DNA from: a virus
Taxonomy: Duplodnaviria > Caudoviricetes
IMG/VR virus record: IMGVR_UViG_3300025470_000048
Span: 1 to 35,527 of that record
DNA: 35,527 nucleotides
Strand: one strand, 5' to 3'
The notes below the pieces were generated by a model. That model was not told where the DNA came from. It did no database searches and saw only the letters and a list, made by a program, of their open reading frames with translations. Below, in pieces: positions 16,877-26,100 of the stretch (positions are counted from its first letter, which is position 1; every line of letters begins with the position of its first letter). A program made the translations under genes and the position numbers.

Positions 16877-17652
16877 GTCTGAATCTATACCCTCCGTTTG
16901 CGGGTAGCACTGAGTCGAGCCTTGCGGCTCCTTGGTACATGCAGGTCTCGCGTGGCCTCGTGCCGGGATGCTCGGTCGTCAATATCTACGGCTACCAAGG
17001 CGCGTTACCCAACAGCACGGGCGCTACGTTTTACCCAGTGTGGGAGAACACTACGCAGTACACGTACCCTGCGTCAGCGGCGCAGGTGTTGCTCTGGAGT
17101 TCGTCAGCGTCGGATACGGCGGTGCAGGTTCTGATCAACGGGCTGGATTCCGGTTACAACGCGATCTCAGAGACACTTACGCTGACCAACGGCATGACGG
17201 GTGTTACTTCCGTCAATTCATACCTGCGGATCAACGGCATCTCAGTTACCGGAACGGTCAATGCGGTAGGTACGCTGAACGTAGGCAACTCGGGCAAGAC
17301 GCTCCAGTACGCTGAGATCAATGCCGGATACGGCAAGAGTCAGATGATGATCTACACCGTGCCGAACGGGTACACGTTCTATCTGACGCGCTCTAACGCG
17401 TACTCAAGCCTCAACGGTAACACGGCAGGTAACTACTCGTTCTATCGCGTGTACACGCAATCCAGTACGGGCCTGATTCAGATTCTTCTTCAGGCTCCGT
17501 TCACGAACGAATACGGGACGCTTCGCGTTGCGCCCCGTGCCTATACGCAGAAGACCGACATCCAATGGCAAGCGGCGGGAGAGCCAACATCTGGCTCATT
17601 CCAAGTCGGCATCGGTGTCGAAGGCATCCTCATTTCTAATACAGCGGTGTAA
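16873..17652 (+). CDS. Conserved phage structural protein
   Basis: GTGA overlap; MQVSRGLVPG.SVVNIYGY, SSSASDT, INGLDSGYN, YTVPNGYT, KTDI. Confidence 0.65.
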   Translation: MSLNLYPPFAGSTESSLAAPWYMQVSRGLVPGCSVVNIYGYQGALPNSTGATFYPVWENTTQYTYPASAAQVLLWSSSASDTAVQVLINGLDSGYNAISETLTLTNGMTGVTSVNSYLRINGISVTGTVNAVGTLNVGNSGKTLQYAEINAGYGKSQMMIYTVPNGYTFYLTRSNAYSSLNGNTAGNYSFYRVYTQSSTGLIQILLQAPFTNEYGTLRVAPRAYTQKTDIQWQAAGEPTSGSFQVGIGVEGILISNTAV

Positions 17653-17654
17653 CT

Positions 17655-19472
17655 ATGTTCAAACCAATGGCTCATCACCCGCACAATATGGCTAGTGGCC
17701 TCGCCTCGTTGGGTCGTGGCGGTGACTCCATGCTTGTGCATATGTCCCCGGGAGAAGTGCAGAGTCTGCATCAATTGGCAACGTTGGCGGGGGGTGGAAT
17801 CACGACCAATCCGCGCACGGGCCTACCCGAAGCAGGGTTCTTGTCGTCTCTGTTGCCGATGCTTGCCGGTGGCCTCGCCACCGTTCTGTCGGGCGGTACC
17901 CTCGGCCCTCTAGCGCTCATGGCCCTGCAAGGCGGCGCAGGTTTGGCGGCGGGTGCGGTGAAGGGTGATAAAGGTATAGGGTTAATTGGGGACGTATTTA
18001 GCGGCATTGGTGGCGGCGGCCTCGCTAGCGGGGTAGAAAATTTAGGCGCTAGCGCCGCGAGTCAGACCGCCGCCACTTCCGCGCTCGGTGACCAAACGGC
18101 AGCGGCGAATGCCGCAGCGCAAGCCGCTTCAGATGCTCCCGGCGCAATCATGTCTCAAGTTCCCAATGCGGCTACCGTGGGAGACGTTGCGCCTAGCGCG
18201 GCAACAAATTCCGCGATGGGTAATTTGGCAGAGATGAATACCCCCGGCGCAGCGGGTCGATGGGCGGCGATGAAAGCAGGTATGAGCGCGCTCGGCCCCG
18301 GCGGAAGCGCATCGGGTCTCGGCTTCCTTCAATCCAACGTCGGGAACATCATGAAGGCCGCGGCCCCCGCTTTGATGGGGGGATTAAGTGGAGGCACGTC
18401 CAACTTGCCTACGAGTAAGGCGGGGCCGTACTACAACACAACTTTCACGGGCAAAATGACGTATGGCCCCGGTGGACAACCCCTCTACAGTGGATCCTAC
18501 AGCCCCGGTTCGTGGTCTACGAATTACATGGGTCAGGGATATCGCCCTTCGGTGGGTGCCGGTCAGAATACGTCTAAGGGTCCGTTGGGTTCCTTCGAGA
18601 ACCCTTACAGTGGTATCACGACGCTCTACCCCACCTACGATCCGAATACAGGTTTGCCAACGGGTCAAGCCCCGGGAATGAAGCGCGGCGGGCACGTTCA
18701 TCACTACGCCGCGGGCGGTGCCTCGGTTCCGTCAAGTACGGGGCAGCAGATGTTGGACGCTCTGAAGCAGAACTTTATCCCGGCACAGGGTACGGATCAG
18801 GCTGCGCTTCAAGCGATGAATCAACAGTTCGCGGCTTCAGCGTCGGCTCCTCGTCCGGCCCCTGCCGATCCTACGGCGAACAACGCCTACCTATCCGCTT
18901 TGGCAGCTACGCCGTATAACCCGAATTGGGCGGGGCCGACCCCTGCCCCGACTTCGACCTCGACGCAGTCATCGACTTCGACGCCTTCATCGTCATACGT
19001 CCCCGCTGCAATGTTCTCTACGAATGCTTCCGGCAATACGTCGGTTCTGCCGCAGTATACCTATGACCCGACTACGGGTACGTATACGCAGGTGGCTTCG
19101 AGCGGTGCGGGCGATATTCGCGGTGGCGGATACAACAGCGATATTTTGTCGGGACGCAAGGCAAACTTCGCGGGAGGGGGTTTGGCGGACCTCGCGCCAA
19201 CCTACGCTGCCGGTGGTAAGCTGTTAACAGGTGATGGCGATGGAATGTCCGACTCGATTCCGGCTGTCATCCACGGGCCGAAGCCACAACGCGCTGCTCT
19301 CGCTGATGGTGAGTTTGTGGTTCCGGCGGATGTCGTCTCACATCTCGGCAACGGTTCGACAAGTGCCGGGGCCAAGAAACTTTATTCGATGATGAACAAA
19401 ATTCGACTTGCTCGCACGGGTAATCTTAAGCAGGGCAAGCAGATCAATCCCGACAAATTTTTACCGGTTTAA
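17655..19472 (+). CDS. Probable internal virion (ejection) protein with related small domains at both ends
   Basis: N-terminal GRGGDSMLVHMSPGE...TNPRTGLPE, hydrophobic Gly/Ala segment, low-complexity middle, C-terminal GDGMSDSIPA...LADGEFVVPADVVS; four xxxGG motifs. Confidence 0.7.
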   Translation: MFKPMAHHPHNMASGLASLGRGGDSMLVHMSPGEVQSLHQLATLAGGGITTNPRTGLPEAGFLSSLLPMLAGGLATVLSGGTLGPLALMALQGGAGLAAGAVKGDKGIGLIGDVFSGIGGGGLASGVENLGASAASQTAATSALGDQTAAANAAAQAASDAPGAIMSQVPNAATVGDVAPSAATNSAMGNLAEMNTPGAAGRWAAMKAGMSALGPGGSASGLGFLQSNVGNIMKAAAPALMGGLSGGTSNLPTSKAGPYYNTTFTGKMTYGPGGQPLYSGSYSPGSWSTNYMGQGYRPSVGAGQNTSKGPLGSFENPYSGITTLYPTYDPNTGLPTGQAPGMKRGGHVHHYAAGGASVPSSTGQQMLDALKQNFIPAQGTDQAALQAMNQQFAASASAPRPAPADPTANNAYLSALAATPYNPNWAGPTPAPTSTSTQSSTSTPSSSYVPAAMFSTNASGNTSVLPQYTYDPTTGTYTQVASSGAGDIRGGGYNSDILSGRKANFAGGGLADLAPTYAAGGKLLTGDGDGMSDSIPAVIHGPKPQRAALADGEFVVPADVVSHLGNGSTSAGAKKLYSMMNKIRLARTGNLKQGKQINPDKFLPV

Positions 19473-19482
19473 GGAGTAGATC

Positions 19483-20079
19483 ATGTGCGGCGGTGCAGCA
19501 AGTACGAGTCAATCGAAGTCCCCGATGGTGGGCGGTAGCCAAGGAATGCTCGGTGGCTTTGGTGGTATGGCAGGGATGCCGACGCAGGGGATGGTGCAGT
19601 CTGCCTTTGGCGGAAATCAGATGCAGCAGCAAGCCATCCAAGGTATACAACCGATGCAGAATCTTGGCGGCATGTTTGGCGCGATGTCTCCGTCAACCGG
19701 AACATCGCAGTCTGCCTTTGGCGGGAATCAGATGCTCGGACAAATGCAGAACGCGCAGAACATACAGCAGCCGATGCAGAATCTTAGCCTCGGTCAGTTA
19801 CTGCCGCTCTCACAGGGTTTGCAGCAGATGGGGCCGATGCAGCAGCAAGCGGCGAATCAACTACAGGGACTTACGACACCGTTTCTTAACGCGCCGCAAA
19901 TGCAGCAAACCATGCCAAATGTTAGCGGTCTGTTCGGCAATGTTCAGAACGCGACTCAGGCTCTTCCGGGCGGTGGCCCCGGCGCGTTGTCTGGTGCAGG
20001 TGGACTCGCTTCTCTGGCTCACCCACAGGCTCAGACGGGCTTGGCGCATTACGGCCCGCAGAATCAGGGTCACATGTAA
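19483..20079 (+). CDS. Gln/Met/Gly-rich low-complexity protein starting MCGG; probable ejection protein
   Basis: SD AAGGAG; TAATG overlap with the GNAT gene; internal duplication of QSAFGGNQM (near 19596 and 19707) and QPMQNL. Confidence 0.7.
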   Translation: MCGGAASTSQSKSPMVGGSQGMLGGFGGMAGMPTQGMVQSAFGGNQMQQQAIQGIQPMQNLGGMFGAMSPSTGTSQSAFGGNQMLGQMQNAQNIQQPMQNLSLGQLLPLSQGLQQMGPMQQQAANQLQGLTTPFLNAPQMQQTMPNVSGLFGNVQNATQALPGGGPGALSGAGGLASLAHPQAQTGLAHYGPQNQGHM

Positions 20080-20540
20080 TGAACTATGTGGTCAGACCCG
20101 TAGTGAAGTCCGCCGATGAATTTAGTCGGTTAGTCAACTTGCTGATCGGTTTCGCGCGCGAGCACGAGATGGGTCGGTTGAGTGCTAAAGGGTTTGATCT
20201 CAGCAAAGCGATTCCTTGGGTCGCCAACTGCGTGGAATGCGCTGCATGGGTTGCGGAATCTGATACTGGAGAATTGGTCGGGACTATCGGGCTGTACCAG
20301 ACGAGTCCTTGGTATTCGAACGAGGCGTACTACACCGATGGGTGGTTGTATGTAACTCCAGAATACCGGAACTCTAAAGTCGCTTCGACGCTTTTGGCAG
20401 AGGCTAAGGCTTTTGCGGAGGCGAACGATAAGCCATTGGTCGTGGGCATATTCAGCACAGAAGACACAGAACACAAATTACAGATGTTGCAGCGTCGAGG
20501 CTTTAAGCTGATCGGCGGCACACTACTTTCTGGAGGCTAA
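20079..20540 (+). CDS. GNAT-family acyl/acetyltransferase
   Basis: 153 aa; AWVAE..GELVGTIG, WLYVTPEYRNSKVASTLLAEAKAFA (acyl-CoA-binding motif A-like), terminal RRGFKLIG. Confidence 0.85.
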   Translation: MNYVVRPVVKSADEFSRLVNLLIGFAREHEMGRLSAKGFDLSKAIPWVANCVECAAWVAESDTGELVGTIGLYQTSPWYSNEAYYTDGWLYVTPEYRNSKVASTLLAEAKAFAEANDKPLVVGIFSTEDTEHKLQMLQRRGFKLIGGTLLSGG

Positions 20541-20544
20541 CACT

Positions 20545-21438
20545 ATGTGTGGCGGCGGAAGCAGCGGTCCTAGTACATCGACCGTACAAAATACGAACAT
20601 CCCTGACTACTTACAGGGGCCAGTCCAACAGATGATTGGACAGGCGCAAGCCCTCACGGCTGCGAACACCCAGTATCACCCGTTCCAAGGTCAGGGTCTT
20701 GGCGGTACGCAAGTTGCCGGGATGTCCCCCTTGCAGCAACAGGCGGCACAGGGCATACAGAATATGCAAGCGTCGCCGTATGTAGGTCAGGCGGGTGCGT
20801 TAGCGGGCATGGCAGGTACGAATCAATTCACGGGTAACAACGTGAACCAGTACATGTCGCCGTACGTTCAGGATGTCGTTAATCAACAGCAGCAAGCCGC
20901 GATCCGCAGTTACGCGCAGCAGTTGCCGGGGCTTGCCAGTACGGCTACCAACCAAGGCGATTTGGGTGGTTCGCGTGAAGCGTTGATGCAAGCCAACGCA
21001 CAGCAGGGCCTTCAAAATCAGTTGGCTAACATTCAAGCGACTGGACTTCAGAACGCGTATACGAACGCGCAGCAGCAGTTTAATACGTCGAACCAACAGG
21101 AACTTGCGGCGGCTCAGCAGTTGGGTGCCATCGGTCAGCAGGACTACGCGCAGAACGCCGGTATCCTTCAGGCACAGATGGGCGCAGGCGCGACGGAACA
21201 GCAGGACCTCCAGAACCTGTACAACGCGCAGTATCAGAACTACCAGAACTCCATAAACCAGCCGTACGCGCAGCTGTCGTACCTGAGCGAGTTGATCCGC
21301 GGTGGTTCCCCTGCATCGTTGGGTGGTCAGTACACGTCGTCGGTCTATCAGTCGCCCATGAATACAGCGATGCTCGGTGCGTCGGCTCTGACGGGATCGG
21401 GTGGCTTGGGTAGCCTGTTCAGTTCCGGCGCGGCATAA
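20545..21438 (+). CDS. Probable ejection / DNA-pilot protein starting MCGG
   Basis: SD GGAGG; MCGGGSSGPSTSTVQNTNIPDY, YMSPYVQDVV, Gln/Ala-rich helical body, Gly-rich hydrophobic tail. Confidence 0.7.
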   Translation: MCGGGSSGPSTSTVQNTNIPDYLQGPVQQMIGQAQALTAANTQYHPFQGQGLGGTQVAGMSPLQQQAAQGIQNMQASPYVGQAGALAGMAGTNQFTGNNVNQYMSPYVQDVVNQQQQAAIRSYAQQLPGLASTATNQGDLGGSREALMQANAQQGLQNQLANIQATGLQNAYTNAQQQFNTSNQQELAAAQQLGAIGQQDYAQNAGILQAQMGAGATEQQDLQNLYNAQYQNYQNSINQPYAQLSYLSELIRGGSPASLGGQYTSSVYQSPMNTAMLGASALTGSGGLGSLFSSGAA

Positions 21439-21448
21439 GAGAAGTACC

Positions 21449-23140
21449 ATGCAAAACATTACACCGAACGATGTGACGGGCATTGCCGCGCTAGATCCTC
21501 AGTACATGATGAAGGCGCAGCAGGTTGCGGGCTTGCCGTTGGATAAGCAGATTCAGTCATTGCTTGGCGACGGCAATTTGGATCCGCGCACCGTGGCGCT
21601 CGTGCTGAAGGCGCGCAAACTGAAAGAACTGAGCAGTGCGGGTCTTAAGCAGGTGAACCCTGCCACGGTCAGTCAGGAAGTGGATCAAGCGATCAACAAC
21701 TATACCGCGACCCATGCCCATGCACAGAACGGTCTGGCAGGGATACCCCTGTCCGCCAACATGTTCGGTCACGAGTTGGATCAAGACCCCGTGCAGGGTA
21801 AAGCCAATGGTGGTCTCATTGCGTTTGCGGCGGGTGATGTTGTTCCCCCTGCGAACGGTGTATCAAGTTTCAATCCAATGTTCTCGGACAACGCGGGCTA
21901 CGGAATGCCAATCTTGTCTCAGGATGAGTTCAGGCAGCTTGCGCAGACGAATCCTCAACCGCAGCAGCCGCAGCAACAACAGATCGCGGGTATAGATCCT
22001 AAGTTAGTCAGTCAGTATCTGACGGGGGCACTGGGCGCGAAAGATCCCACGCTCACGGCATTGAGCGGTATTGATACGCGTCTTATCAAACCGAACTACG
22101 CGGATCTTGATAGACACATTGCGGACGCGGAACGAATTTCGAAACTCACTGCGCCTAAAGGTGACGAGCAGTCTTATATTGATGAGGCAATGAAGTTTGC
22201 GCAAGACCATGGTATGAACCAAGGCGAAGCCGAGGCCATGGTCACGATGGCGCGTTACCGTGACCAAGTCACGGAGTACAACTCAGACAAGAACGCGAGC
22301 AAGCGTGGCTTGACCAAGGCGAGTGGTGACATTGCGGATACTGCGATGAACCTTTATGAGAAGCACTTGCCGATCAATAACGTGCAGGGCGCGCTGCTCT
22401 CCTTGGCGATTGCGGGCAAGGACGTTGCCAACTCCAAGACGGAATCGCAGAAGGCGCTCATGGAAGCGCAACGTGACACGGATCTCAAGACCGCAGAACT
22501 CAAGTCCGCCATGTATAAGAATGAGGTGAGCGCACAAGGTGAAGGACGTAAAGAGTTCCACGAAGCCTTGGTGGGCTACAACGACGCAAAACGTCGTGAA
22601 GACGAATTGATTAGATACAAGACGTCGGAAGACACAGCGGCTCTCCGTGGGCAGCAATCGCTCAAAGCAACTGTGGGGGTTAACACTGCGCTAGTGCGTA
22701 ACCCAGCGTTTGCCTATCAAGCCGGACTCAACCAGTTGGCGGAGCAAGAGGCGGCGGCACAGGCCGAAGGTCCGGCGGGTGCGGCTAAGGTGACTGCGAT
22801 CCAAGAAGCGCGGAATCGCTTGACGGCTCTGCAAGGTAACGCGGTTGCCACGACCCCAACGGGATACGCGGCTAACACAAAAGCACAAACACAATCGCAA
22901 ATTGCGCAGTGGATGATGGCTTCTCACGAGCGCATCGCGGCGATGAAGGACACCGAGATCATCAAACTGGAATCTGAATTGGCGAGTTTGCCTGATATCT
23001 CGGACAATCCGATGCTACAGGGTATGCGGACTCAGCTGCAGAACACCATTAACTCGCGTAAATCGCAACTGGGTCTTACAGGCGCAGCATCTGCCTCGAC
23101 GGTGAACCCGCGTCGTATCACCATAGCCGGAACTTGGTAG
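21449..23140 (+). CDS. Probable ejection protein, coiled-coil rich
   Basis: Start taken at ATG 21449 (MQNITPND), just after the previous stop; helical; contains KANGGLIAFAAGDVV. Confidence 0.65.
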   Translation: MQNITPNDVTGIAALDPQYMMKAQQVAGLPLDKQIQSLLGDGNLDPRTVALVLKARKLKELSSAGLKQVNPATVSQEVDQAINNYTATHAHAQNGLAGIPLSANMFGHELDQDPVQGKANGGLIAFAAGDVVPPANGVSSFNPMFSDNAGYGMPILSQDEFRQLAQTNPQPQQPQQQQIAGIDPKLVSQYLTGALGAKDPTLTALSGIDTRLIKPNYADLDRHIADAERISKLTAPKGDEQSYIDEAMKFAQDHGMNQGEAEAMVTMARYRDQVTEYNSDKNASKRGLTKASGDIADTAMNLYEKHLPINNVQGALLSLAIAGKDVANSKTESQKALMEAQRDTDLKTAELKSAMYKNEVSAQGEGRKEFHEALVGYNDAKRREDELIRYKTSEDTAALRGQQSLKATVGVNTALVRNPAFAYQAGLNQLAEQEAAAQAEGPAGAAKVTAIQEARNRLTALQGNAVATTPTGYAANTKAQTQSQIAQWMMASHERIAAMKDTEIIKLESELASLPDISDNPMLQGMRTQLQNTINSRKSQLGLTGAASASTVNPRRITIAGTW

Positions 23141-23146
23141 TAAACT

Positions 23147-26100
23147 ATGGCGCAGTTCAAAGTCATAGGATCTGACGGGATTAAATACGTCCTTGAAGGT
23201 CCAGCTGACGCGACGCCGCAAGAGTTGGAAGAGGCTCTGAACCAACAAGCGTTCGGGCATTCAGGGGCGGCTGCGGCTACCCCTGCTGAGCCGCAGCAAA
23301 CCCAATCGGACGGTGTCTGGGGCGCGCGTCTTAAGGCCGCAGCAGAAGCCATGCCAAGTACGGTCGCCGCTATTACATTGGGTGGTAGAGCTGCGGCGGC
23401 AGTACCCGGTGGCCCCTATGTCAAAGGCGCTGTCGGTTTAGGTGTAGGTTTGGGTACGGCGCTCCTATCAGATGAGGCTAAAGACTACCTCATCGATAAG
23501 TTCCCTGAGACGGCGAAGGCTCTGGGCGTCGATAAAGAAACTCGCGCCAAAGAACAAGCGAAAGACCCATACGGACAGACTATCGCTGCCGCTGTGCCCG
23601 GATTCCTTGCCTTCACACCTGAAGGCTTGATGAAGAATGCGGCGGGAGAATCCGCCAACGTCTTCTCTAGATTCCTACGTTCTTACAAGGGCGAGGCGGG
23701 GGGCAATGCCGCCATGAACGCGGGTATTCAAACCGCGATAGGCGCAGGATCGCAGTTGTGGCACAACGACGGCGACTTGAGCAAAGTGGACTGGTCGCAG
23801 GTGGGTCTCCAAGCGGGACTCGGCGCGCTGCAAACCAAGCCGACGAAGTTCGGCAATTACCTGACGGGGCATCCTGAAATCTCTGCAGCCGCTACCCCTG
23901 CAAAAACCCCGGTGACGCCCCCGCCCCCGGGCGATGAAGACGTCTTGCCGCCGAACGTATTCCCGCCGAGCCAGACTCCGAACGAGCCACCGACCAACGG
24001 CCCACGCCGCTTGCGTCCTGACCCGAACGAGATGGAGCAGAGCGCGCCGCCTCCCGGGGCTGATCGCATAGCCTTCTATGAAGACGACATGCGTCAGCGT
24101 TCAGAGTCTAGAGCGGCAGACGATGCCATCACGATGGGCAATCTAGCCACGCAGGTTAAGAAAGACATCGGCCCCGTGGACAATCTGATCACCAAGTATC
24201 AGAACATGTGGCAACCGATCAAGCGGTTGTTCAACCAGATGTCGAAGCACCCGGATGGGCCTAAGACGATCATCAGCGGCCCTGATGCAAACGATCTGTA
24301 TCCTATCCTTGCCAACATGGACAGCGTTGCGGAAGCGCTTGCTAACGAACACGTAGCAGACCCCGCGCGCGAGTATCTGGGTGCAATCAACGACTTGTCG
24401 CAAGCGAAGAATCTTAACTCTCCACGCCTTGCCGCAGACATCCTGTCCGAGTATCTGATCGCGCAACACGCCGACGCCCGTCGTACGGAGTTGTTCTTGC
24501 GCTACCGTCCGCTGAAAAACGAACCTGTCGTTGGCGCTTACGGCGGTCCTGAATCCATGGACGAGGTCATTGACGGCGAGAAACGCGGGCAACCTATGCC
24601 TAGCCCTAATGATTTACGCAATACGGCTTTGCGCGACGCGATGAAGATTGCGAGCGATCCCAATCTGACGACAGAAGATAAGATCCCTCTGCTTAAGCAG
24701 TTGGGCGATCACTTGCGCGAGATCGTGTACGACCCTGCCAACGTAGACCCGTACGGCGCTACGAAGCACCCGGAGTACATGAATCGTGAACCGGGACAAC
24801 CGATGCCCACGGACTGGGCGTCTGCCGTCTATGCCCCTGCCGAGAATACTGATCCGACGCGCATGTCGGTTATCCGGCAGTTGATGGATCGGGATCTGGC
24901 AGACCCGACCGTCGGCCCTGTCTTAGAGCGCGCGTTGACAAAGCATAAAGAACTGATCCAGATCACGAAGGATCTTCAGCGGCAAGGCGGCAAGTGGAAC
25001 GGTACGCTCGACGCGTTGACCGACGGGTTCTACCGTTGGGGCGATACGTACACCCCGTTGAAGTCGCGCTTTGGCGATCAGGATCCGACCAACCTTGCCG
25101 GTACGCACAGCTATGGTGACGTGGCAGGGTTCACGGAAGGCTTCGGTGGCGGTAAGCACATCACCGAGAACACCGCGCTGCAAACGATTTATGACGCGTA
25201 CAACGCTGCGCATACGGCGAGCCGCGAAGGTGTAACGCTCCGCGTTAAGAACCTAATCGAACAAGGCTATCTCCCCGGTGAATACCTTGGAGACATCACA
25301 GCGCCGGATCGCTTCTTGGCGACCAATGCCGAGTTGAAACAAGAATTTCCGCGTCTGTTTGGCGGCGACACCATCTATCACATGGGCGATGATGGCACCG
25401 CGCACGTTTACAGGATCAAGGATCAAGCGGTCTTGGATGGCATTCGCCGTCCGATTGAAGACCCGCCTAGCCTTGCATTGCGCGCTCTGCAAAGCATCAC
25501 AGGGTTAGTCTCAAACCAATTGACTCGTTTGCGTCTAACGTTTGCGCCGTGGAACTTCCTCAAGCACTCGTTGATGAACGCCTACATCCTGCCGAATGAA
25601 TACGCAGGAGAGATCAGTAAGTTCCAGTACCCCATCGAAGTCGCTAAGAATATGCGGCACATGGCGAGTAAGAATATTCTTGGCGACATGCAAAGACTTT
25701 CGTTGTTGTACAGACAAGGTAAGTTTACCGAGATCAATCGACTGGCGGCTGAGAATCCATTCGTCAAAGACGCGTTTGAATTCCTTCAGTATGGCGGCAA
25801 GGCTGCATATATGCATGCCATGGACGTCGATAAGGGTTACAAGTATCTCGAGACCAACTTCAGCAACAACAAGTTAGTGCGCGGTGGTTCAAAGGCGTTA
25901 GAAGCCCTCGACAAGATTCTGGATACGTGGTCGGATGGATGGGACTTCGTCAGCCGTGGTACGGCGTACAGTCTGGCAAAGCCGATTGAGATTAAGCGGC
26001 AGACCGATATTGCTTTAGCGCAGAAGCATAAGGCCGCACTTGAAGAGGCGTACAAATTAAAAGAAACAACTGCAAGAATACAGGGTGGCACACGCGACCA

